Part shown: positions 8,751 to 18,191 of the stretch, piece by piece | Position numbering within the stretch: the first letter of the stretch is position 1 | Layout of the letters: the number at the start of each line of letters is the position of its first letter | Source: a virus | Lineage: Duplodnaviria > Caudoviricetes | DNA: 24,608 nt | Virus record (IMG/VR): IMGVR_UViG_3300009184_001883 | Coordinates: 1 to 24,608 of that record | Reading direction: 5' to 3' (one strand) | Notes under the pieces: model-generated | What the model was told of the DNA's origin: nothing | Seen by the model: only the letters and a program-made list of their open reading frames with translations | Databases searched by the model: none | Position numbers and translations under genes: made by a program

Positions 8751-9518
8751 ATGATAACAAGCAATATAGATAGCCCTTGGGCAGACAAGCCCCAAGAACC
8801 AGTAGTAGATACTACTAAAGCAAAAAAACCAGTAGCCCCTAAAGCAGTCAGCAACGCTGAATATGATTTAGAAGGATTGATGACTGATTTCCCCACAGCC
8901 CGAGAATTAGAACGATTTGTTTTTGACGAAACAGGCATCGTGCTAAACTTAAAAGGCAGAGCCAATAAATTAAAATATCAGGTAGCAATGGACACACTAA
9001 ATGGTGTTGAGATTGATGCTAAATTCAAAGGTGATAACAATCCTTACATTGATAAAGCAGAACTGATACCTGAAGAACCACTTAAAGAAGTTCCAGCCAG
9101 AGATCCTTCATTACCTGATCGTAGCCAAGTTCAAAACTTATTTTATAGTCCTATTGTCCCACATCCTGATGATGAAAGCAGAGCAATGGATAAGAAATGT
9201 CACGTATTATTTAAGAAATACAAAAATGGTATGATTAGTTATGAAGTGCTTGGACCACTTGAGCAAAAACCAAAGGGTGAAAAGATTGACAAGTTTGGTA
9301 GAACACGCCCAGAAATTATTACCTGGGTTGATCCAAGAACAGGCGAACAAACTATTGTCCGTGAAGATGGCACACTAACTCCGCAGGGCAAACGCTTGCG
9401 TGGTATGATGATGACATTTAAGGTCAATCGCAGTAATCAATGGGAAGTATGGATCGACAGAGAGTTTATCAGTCTTGATGATTCAGTTAAAAACAATCCT
9501 TGGGATTTGACTAAATGA
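8751..9518 (+). CDS. Hypothetical protein (about 255 aa)
   Basis: Long ORF with the same codon style as its neighbours. TGAAAGGA SD favours the ATG at 8751 over the track's 8736. No family recognised. Confidence 0.75.
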   Translation: MITSNIDSPWADKPQEPVVDTTKAKKPVAPKAVSNAEYDLEGLMTDFPTARELERFVFDETGIVLNLKGRANKLKYQVAMDTLNGVEIDAKFKGDNNPYIDKAELIPEEPLKEVPARDPSLPDRSQVQNLFYSPIVPHPDDESRAMDKKCHVLFKKYKNGMISYEVLGPLEQKPKGEKIDKFGRTRPEIITWVDPRTGEQTIVREDGTLTPQGKRLRGMMMTFKVNRSNQWEVWIDREFISLDDSVKNNPWDLTK

Positions 9519-9811
9519 CCGCCCGAGAAACAGAGATCAAGGCAGCACAAGACGCTGCCAGATACAATGACACGCTTATCTTACAAAAGGTAAATGCCAG
9601 TCATCGTATCGCATTTGCTGACAAGTATCCAAATCAGGTTGAGCATATCCTTCGTTTAATCACGGAACGATTACAACTTGGTTTGACTAAACTTGAAGGC
9701 ACTGATTTACAAAACCCTAAAACTTGGATTTTAAGTTGTGATGAAATAGAAAGCCTTGCTCAGGCAATGTTTTATGTCCATCAAATTAGACAAGACTTAA
9801 AGGCTGAATAA
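9515..9811 (+). CDS. Hypothetical helical protein coupled to TerL (alternative TerS candidate)
   Basis: 98 aa. ATGA overlap upstream and TAATG overlap with TerL. Confidence 0.65.
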   Translation: MTARETEIKAAQDAARYNDTLILQKVNASHRIAFADKYPNQVEHILRLITERLQLGLTKLEGTDLQNPKTWILSCDEIESLAQAMFYVHQIRQDLKAE

Positions 9812-11427
9812 TGTTAGGACAAGATGTATTGATGGCGAGAGCACTACGCTACAGCGTGGATAAACACGGTCTTGACACTGACGCATTAAAAAATATACCA
9901 GGTTCATTACAAAGCCAACTAATGGACTTGGCTATTACCGTGGCTGAAGATATGAAGTTTAATAGTCTAAAATACTTTAGACCTTTTGAGCATCAACTTA
10001 AATTCTTTGCCACAGGCGAACACGATAGACGAGGGATATTGGCTGCTAACAGGATTGGTAAAACCGTATCTACTTGTTTTGAAACAGCCTGTCATTTAAC
10101 AGGATTGTATCCAGATTGGTGGCAAGGACATAGATTCACAGCACCAATAACTTGTATGGTGGCTGGTGAGGGATGGAGTCAGGTAGCATTAGTGCTACAA
10201 AATGAATTGTTAGGAACGCAAGATGTTAAAATTACTGAAAACTTGGGAACTGGTGCTATTCCTCGTAGTTGTATCGTTGTTGATACTATGCGAAATGACG
10301 GTGCCAATTGTATCGGAGTGGAGATTAGGCATACTTCTGGGGCTAATAGTTATTTGTTATTCGCAAATTATACTCAGGAGGTTCGTCAATTACAAGGTTT
10401 TAAACTCAATATGGCAGTCTTCGATGAGCAACCACCAGATGACTTCTTCAGTGAGATCGTCACTCGAACTGCTACTACGCAAGGAAAGATTCTCTGCTCA
10501 TTCACGCCACTTAAAGGACTCAACGGACTTGTCAGTAAATTCTGGAACCGAGAAGAAGGATACAACTACATCCGTGTAAGTTGGGATGATTGTCCTGAAT
10601 ATGATCCTTGGGGTCAGCCATTTTTATTAAAAGAAACCAGACGACAACTTGAGCGTGACTATTTGCCACACGAGCGAGAAGCCCGAATAGCAGGTAAGCC
10701 TGTAATGGGTAAAGGTGCTGTGTTCCAGTTAGGTGATTGGGCAGCAGTGACATACAAAACAGGTGAAGTAGATTTTAACAGGATGCCAAACATTCAACGT
10801 GTTATCGCACTTGACCTTGGTTTAGTCAATGACAAAACCGTTATATCATTGATGTATTGGGAGCCGAACGAGAAAATGGCATACTTACACAGACAGATTG
10901 TTATACAAGGTGTTGAAGAAGCCGTGCCAACGCAATATGTCAATCACCTGCTCAGACCTGAAGTATTTGGCACACCCATAGTATTACCAGCAGACGCAAG
11001 CACCAAAGGCAGATATACAATGAGTTCAAGTAGTATCCGTGAGTTGTTTGAAAGTTATGGACTCAATGTTTATGAAAATGCTATTATGAATCCACCAGAT
11101 CAGTATGGCAAACAGAACAACCACAAAAGTTATGGCATCAACCAGATGCGACAAATGTTTGAAATGGGCACATTTTTCGTAAATGAAAATTGCTCTAACT
11201 TTTTAACAGAAGCACAAAACTATTTCGTTGATGAAAAAGGCAGATTCAGTGATCCAGATGATTGTATAGATAGTTGTCGTTATGCTATTATGGCTGTCTT
11301 ACAAGGCATCGCAGAACCATTTGATGGTATGAGCAGTCAGCAGAGAATGAGAGCACAACGTGATAGATATGTTAAATATGATGATAGTCAAAAACCAAGT
11401 TGGAAGAAGACTTACACAGCAGAATAA
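9811..11427 (+). CDS. terL: Terminase large subunit
   Basis: Adenine-binding PFEHQ, Walker A AANRIGKT, Walker B AVFDEQP, coupling motif SFTPLKG, and RNase H-like nuclease acidic motifs ALDLG and DDCIDSCRY. Confidence 0.95.
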   Translation: MLGQDVLMARALRYSVDKHGLDTDALKNIPGSLQSQLMDLAITVAEDMKFNSLKYFRPFEHQLKFFATGEHDRRGILAANRIGKTVSTCFETACHLTGLYPDWWQGHRFTAPITCMVAGEGWSQVALVLQNELLGTQDVKITENLGTGAIPRSCIVVDTMRNDGANCIGVEIRHTSGANSYLLFANYTQEVRQLQGFKLNMAVFDEQPPDDFFSEIVTRTATTQGKILCSFTPLKGLNGLVSKFWNREEGYNYIRVSWDDCPEYDPWGQPFLLKETRRQLERDYLPHEREARIAGKPVMGKGAVFQLGDWAAVTYKTGEVDFNRMPNIQRVIALDLGLVNDKTVISLMYWEPNEKMAYLHRQIVIQGVEEAVPTQYVNHLLRPEVFGTPIVLPADASTKGRYTMSSSSIRELFESYGLNVYENAIMNPPDQYGKQNNHKSYGINQMRQMFEMGTFFVNENCSNFLTEAQNYFVDEKGRFSDPDDCIDSCRYAIMAVLQGIAEPFDGMSSQQRMRAQRDRYVKYDDSQKPSWKKTYTAE

Positions 11428-11436
11428 GGAATTGAA

Positions 11437-12396
11437 ATGAAGATTTTTATTAGCATAGCGAGTTATAGGGACCCGCTGTTAGCAAATACCGTGAAAGATG
11501 CCTACGATAACGCACACAACAAAGATAGTTTAGTATTTGGAATTGTAGATCAAAGTTTTGGAATGGAAACATTTGACCCTGGTTATTTTGACTTTAAGAA
11601 ACAAATCAGGTATGTCAGGATAGAACCACATTTAAGCCGTGGTGCTTGTTGGGCAAGACACTTATGCCAGACATTATATAATGAAGAAACTTATTATTTC
11701 CAAATAGATAGTCACACAATCTTTGACAAAGACTGGGATTTGTATTTTATCAATCAGTTTAGACACATAGAACAATATCACGCTAATCCAATTATCACAA
11801 GTTATCCATACCCGTTTGAGATCATAGACGGAGATTTAACTAACCTGAAAAAAGGACAGACCACCACAGATTGTATGCTGTTGGCTGTAAATGAAGAACA
11901 CACATTTAAAAATGCCAACGAACAACACGCAAGTATTCGTGGAACTTTTGGCAAAAAGCAAGAACCAAGTCACGGATTTTTAATTGCTGGTGGATGTTTG
12001 TTTGGTCCAGGACATTTAGTAGAACGAGTGCCATATGACCCGCATATCTATTTTAGTGGTGAAGAATGTTCATACGCACTACGCTTATGGACACACGGCT
12101 ATAATATATTCCATCCTTGTAATATGCCAGTGTATCATCAATATGTTGGTAAGTATAGAAACAAGGCTTGGGCAGATAAAATGATAGAACCACACGCACA
12201 GACAAAATGGCACGAATACAGCACGGCTGGCAAGCATCGCAGTAATCGTGTGACCACAGGCAAAGAACTTGGTATCTATGGATTAGGCACTAAACGCTCA
12301 CTTAAACAATATATTGATTTTTGTGGGTTAGACTACATCAACCAAAAATACACTGACAAGAAAGTCAGCGAAATAAATTACAAGGAATCAGTATGA
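11437..12396 (+). CDS. Glycosyltransferase, GlcNAc family (PF11397 / CAZy GT60, Gnt1-like)
   Basis: Family motifs IFISIASYRDP, GACWAR, YYFQIDSHTIFDKDWD (DxH metal motif) and YFSGEE...RLWTHGY. Confidence 0.88.
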   Translation: MKIFISIASYRDPLLANTVKDAYDNAHNKDSLVFGIVDQSFGMETFDPGYFDFKKQIRYVRIEPHLSRGACWARHLCQTLYNEETYYFQIDSHTIFDKDWDLYFINQFRHIEQYHANPIITSYPYPFEIIDGDLTNLKKGQTTTDCMLLAVNEEHTFKNANEQHASIRGTFGKKQEPSHGFLIAGGCLFGPGHLVERVPYDPHIYFSGEECSYALRLWTHGYNIFHPCNMPVYHQYVGKYRNKAWADKMIEPHAQTKWHEYSTAGKHRSNRVTTGKELGIYGLGTKRSLKQYIDFCGLDYINQKYTDKKVSEINYKESV

Positions 12397-12935
12397 AATA
12401 CACCCGAGGTCCAGTTAGCACAGACAGAGAATTTGTGCGTCCAACTATACCAGCCATTGTTGCTTGGTATGACGAAATAAAATTAGAAGCAGAACGCAGT
12501 GGTTATAGAGCATATTTAACTGGCAGAAGTTTAACAGACATCAATAATACTATGGATGTTGATATTGTATTCACAGGCAAAATGAACATAGATGCTTTAG
12601 AGCATTTGTTGATCTCCAGTGTAGTCACAGGTTTTAGACATAATTTAGTTATAGATGCTCGTTGGCAAAATGTCATTGAAACAGCAGAATTTAAAGATGG
12701 TAAGATTACAATATTACCCACTGAATTTGTATTCTTAAATTATCACGAACACGACAACGGACAGGGACGCAAGGTCATCAACGATTACAGACTACATCCT
12801 GCTTTTGCCAAAGTCAATGACAATTTAGTTGGCAGCACATATCAGCGTGTGGCTAAAAAACTTAAACCGCATTTAGAACAATATATAATGAAACACGGCA
12901 AACTTGCCCATTTACCTTTAGGAGCCGCAGAATGA
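12393..12935 (+). CDS. Pol-beta-superfamily nucleotidyltransferase-like protein
   Basis: YRAYLTGRSL...TMDVDIVF resembles the hG[GS]...DhDh signature, with a candidate third acid in VIDAR. ATGA coupling at both ends. Confidence 0.5.
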   Translation: MKYTRGPVSTDREFVRPTIPAIVAWYDEIKLEAERSGYRAYLTGRSLTDINNTMDVDIVFTGKMNIDALEHLLISSVVTGFRHNLVIDARWQNVIETAEFKDGKITILPTEFVFLNYHEHDNGQGRKVINDYRLHPAFAKVNDNLVGSTYQRVAKKLKPHLEQYIMKHGKLAHLPLGAAE

Positions 12936-13108
12936 TCATAGACAGAGAAGATTACAAATTAGATATAACTCTACGAAAACACAGCAAAGATCAGTATGTT
13001 ATAAAGATTAAAAAATACATTCCTGAACTGGGCTGGCGTGAATTCTTCTTTATGGTGTCGCCTGACGAATTGACCAAGATACGCCAGGCATTAGAAAACG
13101 CTAAATAA
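12932..13108 (+). CDS. Small hypothetical protein (58 aa), not in the ORF track
   Basis: MIIDREDYKLDITLRKHSKDQYVIKIKKYIPELGWREFFFMVSPDELTKIRQALENAK. AGGAG SD at 12920-12924 and ATGA overlap. Fills the gap before the portal. Confidence 0.7.
   Translation: MIIDREDYKLDITLRKHSKDQYVIKIKKYIPELGWREFFFMVSPDELTKIRQALENAK
13100..13107 (+). promoter_or_regulatory. GCTAAATA late-like promoter
   Basis: Upstream of the portal SD (AAAGGT) and ATG at 13136. Confidence 0.6.
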
Positions 13109-13135
13109 TAGATAAATTAAAGGTAATTACCCATA

Positions 13136-15397
13136 ATGTTAGACATAAAAAACACCGTCATCACAGACCTCAATCAGAATAGAAAAATCAATGCCAACTT
13201 TGTGCGTTTGAAAAATCTGTTAGAAGTTAAAATGGCTTCATTCTTACGCTATCTTGCTACCAAGAACGCTGTAAATAGAAGTGCCGACTATCACTATCTG
13301 TGCTTGGCTGTGACAAACTCAACTGCCCCTGTAAATGGCATTGACTATATTCACCCAACCGTAAAACCAGTTGTGGATTATACAACAGCAGTTATCGCCA
13401 AAGGATTGATGCCAGGTGGTGAAATCAACTTTGAATTCGTAGCCGATGGTGAAGATGATGAAGTTGCCGCAAGACAAGCCAGTGATATGGTATCAAAGGT
13501 AGTCAATCAAATGAACGATCCGCACTTTATTTTAGAGCGTTGGATTATGGATGCCAATCTACACAAGAATGGTATGATGATGATTAAACCTGTGCGTGAG
13601 CAGATTGTCCGTTATGTTGAGACACAGGGAACCAATGACCAATTACGAGCATTTGAACAACAAGCCAGTGAAAGTGGTTTGACAGCATTACGCCAAAGCA
13701 AACGACAAGTCAGTATTGATATGGAAAAGGCTATGGCAGAGATACAACAAAATCTTGGACCTGAACGAGCACAGATGGGCAGAGATCATTTAGAAAGTGC
13801 TATCAACGCTTTTGGTGATGGTGAAGATTTGATGGTTGAAGAAGATTTACAGACTATCAGTGTTGATGCTGAAACATCAGTATTAGATGATGCTGTTAAA
13901 CGCAACACAATTTACAAAGCCAAATACAAACTAACTGGTTATAGTATCAACATCAAGTTCCATCCTATTGCTCAACATTACTGGATCTGCGATCCAACGG
14001 TGCCTGAAATCAAAGATCAACCATTCTGCGGGTATTACGACCCAATGACTATACAGGAAGCAACTGAGTTATATCCTGATATCAATTTAGAAGAATTTAG
14101 ACGACACGCTGAATACAACCAAAGCGGAGCATATCAAGCGGGTTCAGTATTAAACAACTTGGCTATTCACGCCCGTGATAGTGTGCCTGTTATGGGCTTG
14201 CCTGTTAGCAGTGGTGCGGCACAAGATGAAGATGCCAGAATTGTCAGTATTGTCACTGCTTGGAACAGATTTGACATTGACGGTGATGGTGAGTTAGAAC
14301 TTATTGAAATTATCTATTCAGGTTCATACATTATCAGTGCCAGAGAAGTTGAGTTTATTCCTGTTGCCAATATGTGTCCTCGTCCATTGCCAGGAAACTT
14401 TTATGGTATGAGCGTGGCAGAATCAGTTGTTCCTGCTCAAGAATATAACACATCAGCAGCCAGAGCAGAGATTCAGTTAGGCTTACTAACAGCAACACCA
14501 AGAATAGGTGTTAAACCAGATAGATTAGATTTTGAGATGCTACAAGATGGCGAATCAGCAATCTTTATTCTTGACAGCAAGTTTGATCCTGCCAAAGACA
14601 TTTACCAAATCCCACCACCAAGTGGCAATCTTGCCTTCCTTGAAACTGCTATGGAACGTATCAAACAAGACACTATGTCATTGGTTGGTATGACTTCACC
14701 CACAGATGTGTTCAACCCAGAAGTTATGGCACCTGGCAATAGTGGTATCAAACTACAAATGGCACTAACGCCTAACCAAATCATTCAGGACAACATTGTC
14801 CGTAATGCTGCCGAAGGATTAAAAGAAGCACTATGGTTGGTATGGAGAACATTGATACAATACGGTGATGACTATGGTGTTAAAAAGTTAGCCGCATCAT
14901 TCCACCCTGACAAAAAAGCAGAGTTCCTTGACTATTTGGCTTGGGATGATATGAACTTTTGTGAGCGTAAAGAAATACACTTGGAGTTAGCAGTTGGTAT
15001 GATGAGTGAAGAAAACTCATTGGGCAGACTACAGATCATTCAAAAGTGTCAGGCAGATTTGTATGCTACAACACAGGCTATGGTCACTGCTGGCACTTTA
15101 ACTCCCGAAGTGTATAAAAAGGTCAAGAAGCCTTTTGCTGACACTCTGTATGTTTTAGGTGTCAAAGACTGCGATACATATTTGCCAAGCGATGAAGAAG
15201 TCCAAACAATGATTACTTCTGGTGCTGAAGCAATGAAGAACAGAGAACCAAGTCCAGAAGATAAGAAACGCTTGAGTAGTGCGGCATTGGATGATACAAG
15301 AGCAGAACAGATCAAAGCCGAAATGGCTGGCACTGATGCCGAAAGCCAGTTGGATTATATGGCACTTGCTCAAGGAACTCCAAAGGTATATAGTTAA
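13136..15397 (+). CDS. Portal protein (P22/SU10-like)
   Basis: 753 aa. EFVADGEDDEVAARQASDMV, DANLHKNG, FDIDGDGELEL and P..FYGMSVAE motifs. Position between TerL and scaffold/capsid. Confidence 0.9.
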   Translation: MLDIKNTVITDLNQNRKINANFVRLKNLLEVKMASFLRYLATKNAVNRSADYHYLCLAVTNSTAPVNGIDYIHPTVKPVVDYTTAVIAKGLMPGGEINFEFVADGEDDEVAARQASDMVSKVVNQMNDPHFILERWIMDANLHKNGMMMIKPVREQIVRYVETQGTNDQLRAFEQQASESGLTALRQSKRQVSIDMEKAMAEIQQNLGPERAQMGRDHLESAINAFGDGEDLMVEEDLQTISVDAETSVLDDAVKRNTIYKAKYKLTGYSINIKFHPIAQHYWICDPTVPEIKDQPFCGYYDPMTIQEATELYPDINLEEFRRHAEYNQSGAYQAGSVLNNLAIHARDSVPVMGLPVSSGAAQDEDARIVSIVTAWNRFDIDGDGELELIEIIYSGSYIISAREVEFIPVANMCPRPLPGNFYGMSVAESVVPAQEYNTSAARAEIQLGLLTATPRIGVKPDRLDFEMLQDGESAIFILDSKFDPAKDIYQIPPPSGNLAFLETAMERIKQDTMSLVGMTSPTDVFNPEVMAPGNSGIKLQMALTPNQIIQDNIVRNAAEGLKEALWLVWRTLIQYGDDYGVKKLAASFHPDKKAEFLDYLAWDDMNFCERKEIHLELAVGMMSEENSLGRLQIIQKCQADLYATTQAMVTAGTLTPEVYKKVKKPFADTLYVLGVKDCDTYLPSDEEVQTMITSGAEAMKNREPSPEDKKRLSSAALDDTRAEQIKAEMAGTDAESQLDYMALAQGTPKVYS

Positions 15398-15401
15398 ATA
15401 G

Positions 15402-15409
15402 CATAAATA
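15402..15409 (+). promoter_or_regulatory. CATAAATA late-like promoter
   Basis: 5 nt before the ATG at 15415, heading the scaffold/capsid unit. A second copy, GTTAAATA, is at 15393-15400. Confidence 0.6.
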
Positions 15410-15414
15410 AATGT

Positions 15415-15759
15415 ATGATAAATGATAATACGGTGGAGTTTTATAACTCCAGATTGACTATAGATTTGAGCAGTTTGAAGAACCTAAAGCCAGAACAACT
15501 GGACAAGGTTCGACATTATGGAACACAGGCTGAGAACTTGTTAAAGAACAAGGACTTGGCTATGTTTATACACCATTTTAAGTTTGAAGTGGCAGACGCA
15601 CTGGCTAACATCAGGGCACACACTCCAGACGACAATGCTGAAAGAGTTGCTTTAAGTAATCAACTTGTAGGCATTGACAATTTTGTAAGTAGTCTTAAAA
15701 AGGCTGCTTACTTAAAAAGCCGTATCGTAAGCAACATAGAGTCGCCCGATACTAATTAA
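15415..15759 (+). CDS. Small helical protein following the portal
   Basis: 114 aa. AENLLKNKDL segment resembles post-portal proteins of SU10-like phages. ATG is 5 nt after CATAAATA. Confidence 0.7.
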   Translation: MINDNTVEFYNSRLTIDLSSLKNLKPEQLDKVRHYGTQAENLLKNKDLAMFIHHFKFEVADALANIRAHTPDDNAERVALSNQLVGIDNFVSSLKKAAYLKSRIVSNIESPDTN

Positions 15760-15770
15760 AGGAAATAGAA

Positions 15771-16925
15771 ATGACAGAACCGATTAGTCCTAACACCTCA
15801 CAAGGTGCGGTCACTGAATCACCAGCAGTTCCGAGTATGGATTCAATAGCCGCTAAAATGACCGCAATGAAAGAAATGACTTTGCGTAATCAAATTGGTG
15901 CTACCAACCAGACTGCGACAGGAGTAGATGAAGAGGCAGAGCAGTCATCAAACCCTGTGGCAAACGATATGCCAGAAATTGACGACACTGAAAATTATAA
16001 TAGCGATGGCAGCGATCAAGAAGCAGATGCCCCTGAAGAGGTAAGCACTGGTAGTAATGATTCATCAGCAGACGAACTTATTGACTTTGTAGAATTTGCT
16101 GAGACTAATCCCAATGCTAAATTCAAGTTCTTAAAGAACGGCAAAGAAGTAGTTATTGATGCTAAAAAAGCAGCCGCAATATTAGGTCAAGGTGGAGCAA
16201 TACACGAAGAAGCAAGGCAGTTAAAGATAGAACGAGCAGAGTTTGACGAGTATCTCAATGAGGCACGAGCCAGACAAGAAGGTTTAACTTTAGCAATGGA
16301 ATTTACCGTTCAGCCAAAATTACAGGCAGCGTATGATGAGATTGTGAAAACACAAAATTATCAAACTACCTTCCAGCAACAATTGGCAAGAACAAGTGAT
16401 CCTGCGGTAGCCGCAAGGATACAGGCAAGTATGGCACAGAATGAACGCTGGATACAGCAACAACAACAGGTTATATCACAAATTAAACCTGCTATTGACC
16501 AGTTCAGGCAAGTGCGTAGTCAGCAAGTATCCGAACGATTAGACGCAGCCCGACGAGGATTTACAGACAAAGAGTTGAAAAACGAATATGTCTATAATGA
16601 AGTCAGGGATAAGGTTAGCAAACTTTGGAAGAATGCTAAAGACGAGATCATTCCAGGTGTTCCTAATATAGACCTAATCAGCAGTGACGAAGCACTTTTA
16701 AGTCTCGTCCGTGACGGTCTTCGCTACAGAGACAAGCCATCTACTAAATCCGCAGGTTCTTCTATGGCAGCATTGACTAATCGCAAAGGCACTTCTTCAG
16801 GGAAGGGCAGTAGTGATGAAATCAGCAAACTTCGTGAGCAAGCCAATAGAGGCGATAAAAAAGCCTCTGATAACCTTTTAGTAGCACGATTACAGAGTAT
16901 TCGTTCTGGTAGAGGGGGAAGATAA
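15771..16925 (+). CDS. Capsid scaffolding protein
   Basis: Acidic disordered N-terminus, KFLKNGKEVVI strand, long Gln-rich coiled coil and basic C-terminus. Directly upstream of the capsid gene. SD AAAGGA. Confidence 0.8.
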   Translation: MTEPISPNTSQGAVTESPAVPSMDSIAAKMTAMKEMTLRNQIGATNQTATGVDEEAEQSSNPVANDMPEIDDTENYNSDGSDQEADAPEEVSTGSNDSSADELIDFVEFAETNPNAKFKFLKNGKEVVIDAKKAAAILGQGGAIHEEARQLKIERAEFDEYLNEARARQEGLTLAMEFTVQPKLQAAYDEIVKTQNYQTTFQQQLARTSDPAVAARIQASMAQNERWIQQQQQVISQIKPAIDQFRQVRSQQVSERLDAARRGFTDKELKNEYVYNEVRDKVSKLWKNAKDEIIPGVPNIDLISSDEALLSLVRDGLRYRDKPSTKSAGSSMAALTNRKGTSSGKGSSDEISKLREQANRGDKKASDNLLVARLQSIRSGRGGR

Positions 16926-16950
16926 ACAACCATTATTAAAGGAAAATAAA

Positions 16951-18126
16951 ATGGCAGAAATTACAACATCCCAAATTGGCAATGGCACAACACTACCTTA
17001 TAGTGCTGATATCGTTGTTAAAGATTTAGACCTTGATGTGTCTAATCGTGTCAAGGACGACACACCAGTGCTCAATATGTGTATGAGCAAAAAGCGTAAA
17101 GTAAATTCTACTTTACCACTATGGACTGATGACATTTATCGTGCTCCTCAAGTTCAAGCACAGATCGAAGGTGCCACGGTTTCTACAAGTCAAGCAGAGA
17201 GCAATCAACGCTATAACTTGGGCAACTACACGCAGATTTTCAGCACCGTTATTGCGGCTTCTGGAACTGCCCGTGCCGTTCTACAATCTGGCGGAGATCC
17301 GCAAAGTTATCAGGAGGTAAAACAACTGATTGAGTTGATGTTTGACGTTGAACAACAATTAGTTCGTGCCGACCAAATCGGAACGAAGTATGCTGGTCAA
17401 AGTGGAACTGCTTCAGGTTTGCCAGCAGGACAAACAGGTCGTCGTATGGGTTCATTAAACTCATTCGCAGGCACTATGTCTTTCAACACAACTTCAGGCA
17501 CAACTTCAGGTTTAGATACATTCTATAACAATGAAGATACTGATAGTTCTACACAAATCAGTAATGCCCTTCGCATTTATGCTAATGGTAATTACTACTA
17601 CGGTGGCACATTTACTAACCAGTATTTTAGCCCAGCGTTATACAAGCAATTGGTCACGGTTGCTGAACAACGCTACAATGCTAAAATCCGCACGGTAGTT
17701 GCTCCAACAAGCCTACGCACTTCTTTAAGCGACAATATGCCACAAAGCCGTGGTATCAATCGTGTTGATAGTGCTCGTGGCGATACTATCCAAACTTATG
17801 AGGGTGATTTTAATTACACTTATGAGATTTTCGATAGTTGGATTATGGACCAAGTAAATGCTAACAGCATCTACTTTATGAACGAGGATGTTCTACAATG
17901 GGGTTCATTGCGTGATCTTGGACCAAATAATGAAGTCTTCTCAAACGCTGATGCGTCATTGGACCAATTCATTATGGAAGGCACATTGATCGTTCGCAAC
18001 CCAGCAGGCGTTGGTGTTCTAAACAACATCACAGCAGGCACAACAGCACAGGCATCATTGCCAAGTGCTCGTCCAGCCGCTTTGGTAAGTCGCACAAACT
18101 TCGGTCCTGGCGATGTCACACCTTAA
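16951..18126 (+). CDS. Major capsid protein (DUF5309 / SU10-type, HK97 fold)
   Basis: DTPVLNM, WTDD, EGA, NYTQIFSTVIAASGTARAV, RRMG and EGTLIVRNP motifs. Strong SD and a downstream terminator. Confidence 0.9.
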   Translation: MAEITTSQIGNGTTLPYSADIVVKDLDLDVSNRVKDDTPVLNMCMSKKRKVNSTLPLWTDDIYRAPQVQAQIEGATVSTSQAESNQRYNLGNYTQIFSTVIAASGTARAVLQSGGDPQSYQEVKQLIELMFDVEQQLVRADQIGTKYAGQSGTASGLPAGQTGRRMGSLNSFAGTMSFNTTSGTTSGLDTFYNNEDTDSSTQISNALRIYANGNYYYGGTFTNQYFSPALYKQLVTVAEQRYNAKIRTVVAPTSLRTSLSDNMPQSRGINRVDSARGDTIQTYEGDFNYTYEIFDSWIMDQVNANSIYFMNEDVLQWGSLRDLGPNNEVFSNADASLDQFIMEGTLIVRNPAGVGVLNNITAGTTAQASLPSARPAALVSRTNFGPGDVTP

Positions 18127-18149
18127 ATCTTTTTAAGATTTTAAGTGAC

Positions 18150-18177
18150 AAGGGCAACTTCGGTTGCCCTTTTGTTT
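18150..18177 (+). terminator. Rho-independent terminator with cUUCGg tetraloop
   Basis: AAGGGCAAC-TTCG-GTTGCCCTT followed by TTGTTT, directly after the capsid gene. Confidence 0.9.
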
Positions 18178-18178
18178 G

Positions 18179-18186
18179 GCTAAATA
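18179..18186 (+). promoter_or_regulatory. GCTAAATA late-like promoter
   Basis: Immediately after the capsid terminator and 5 nt before the ATG at 18192. Confidence 0.65.
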
Positions 18187-18191
18187 ATACT

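Noticed and set aside
14269-14300. DIDGDGELE in the portal as an EF-hand/calcium-binding insertion
   Set aside because: DxDGDG is a usual feature of this portal family and not a novelty.
18125-18141. AT-rich inverted repeat AAATCTT-TTT-AAGATTT at the capsid stop, or a frameshift extension of the capsid
   Set aside because: The stem is weak, no extended reading frame follows, and a strong terminator lies immediately downstream.
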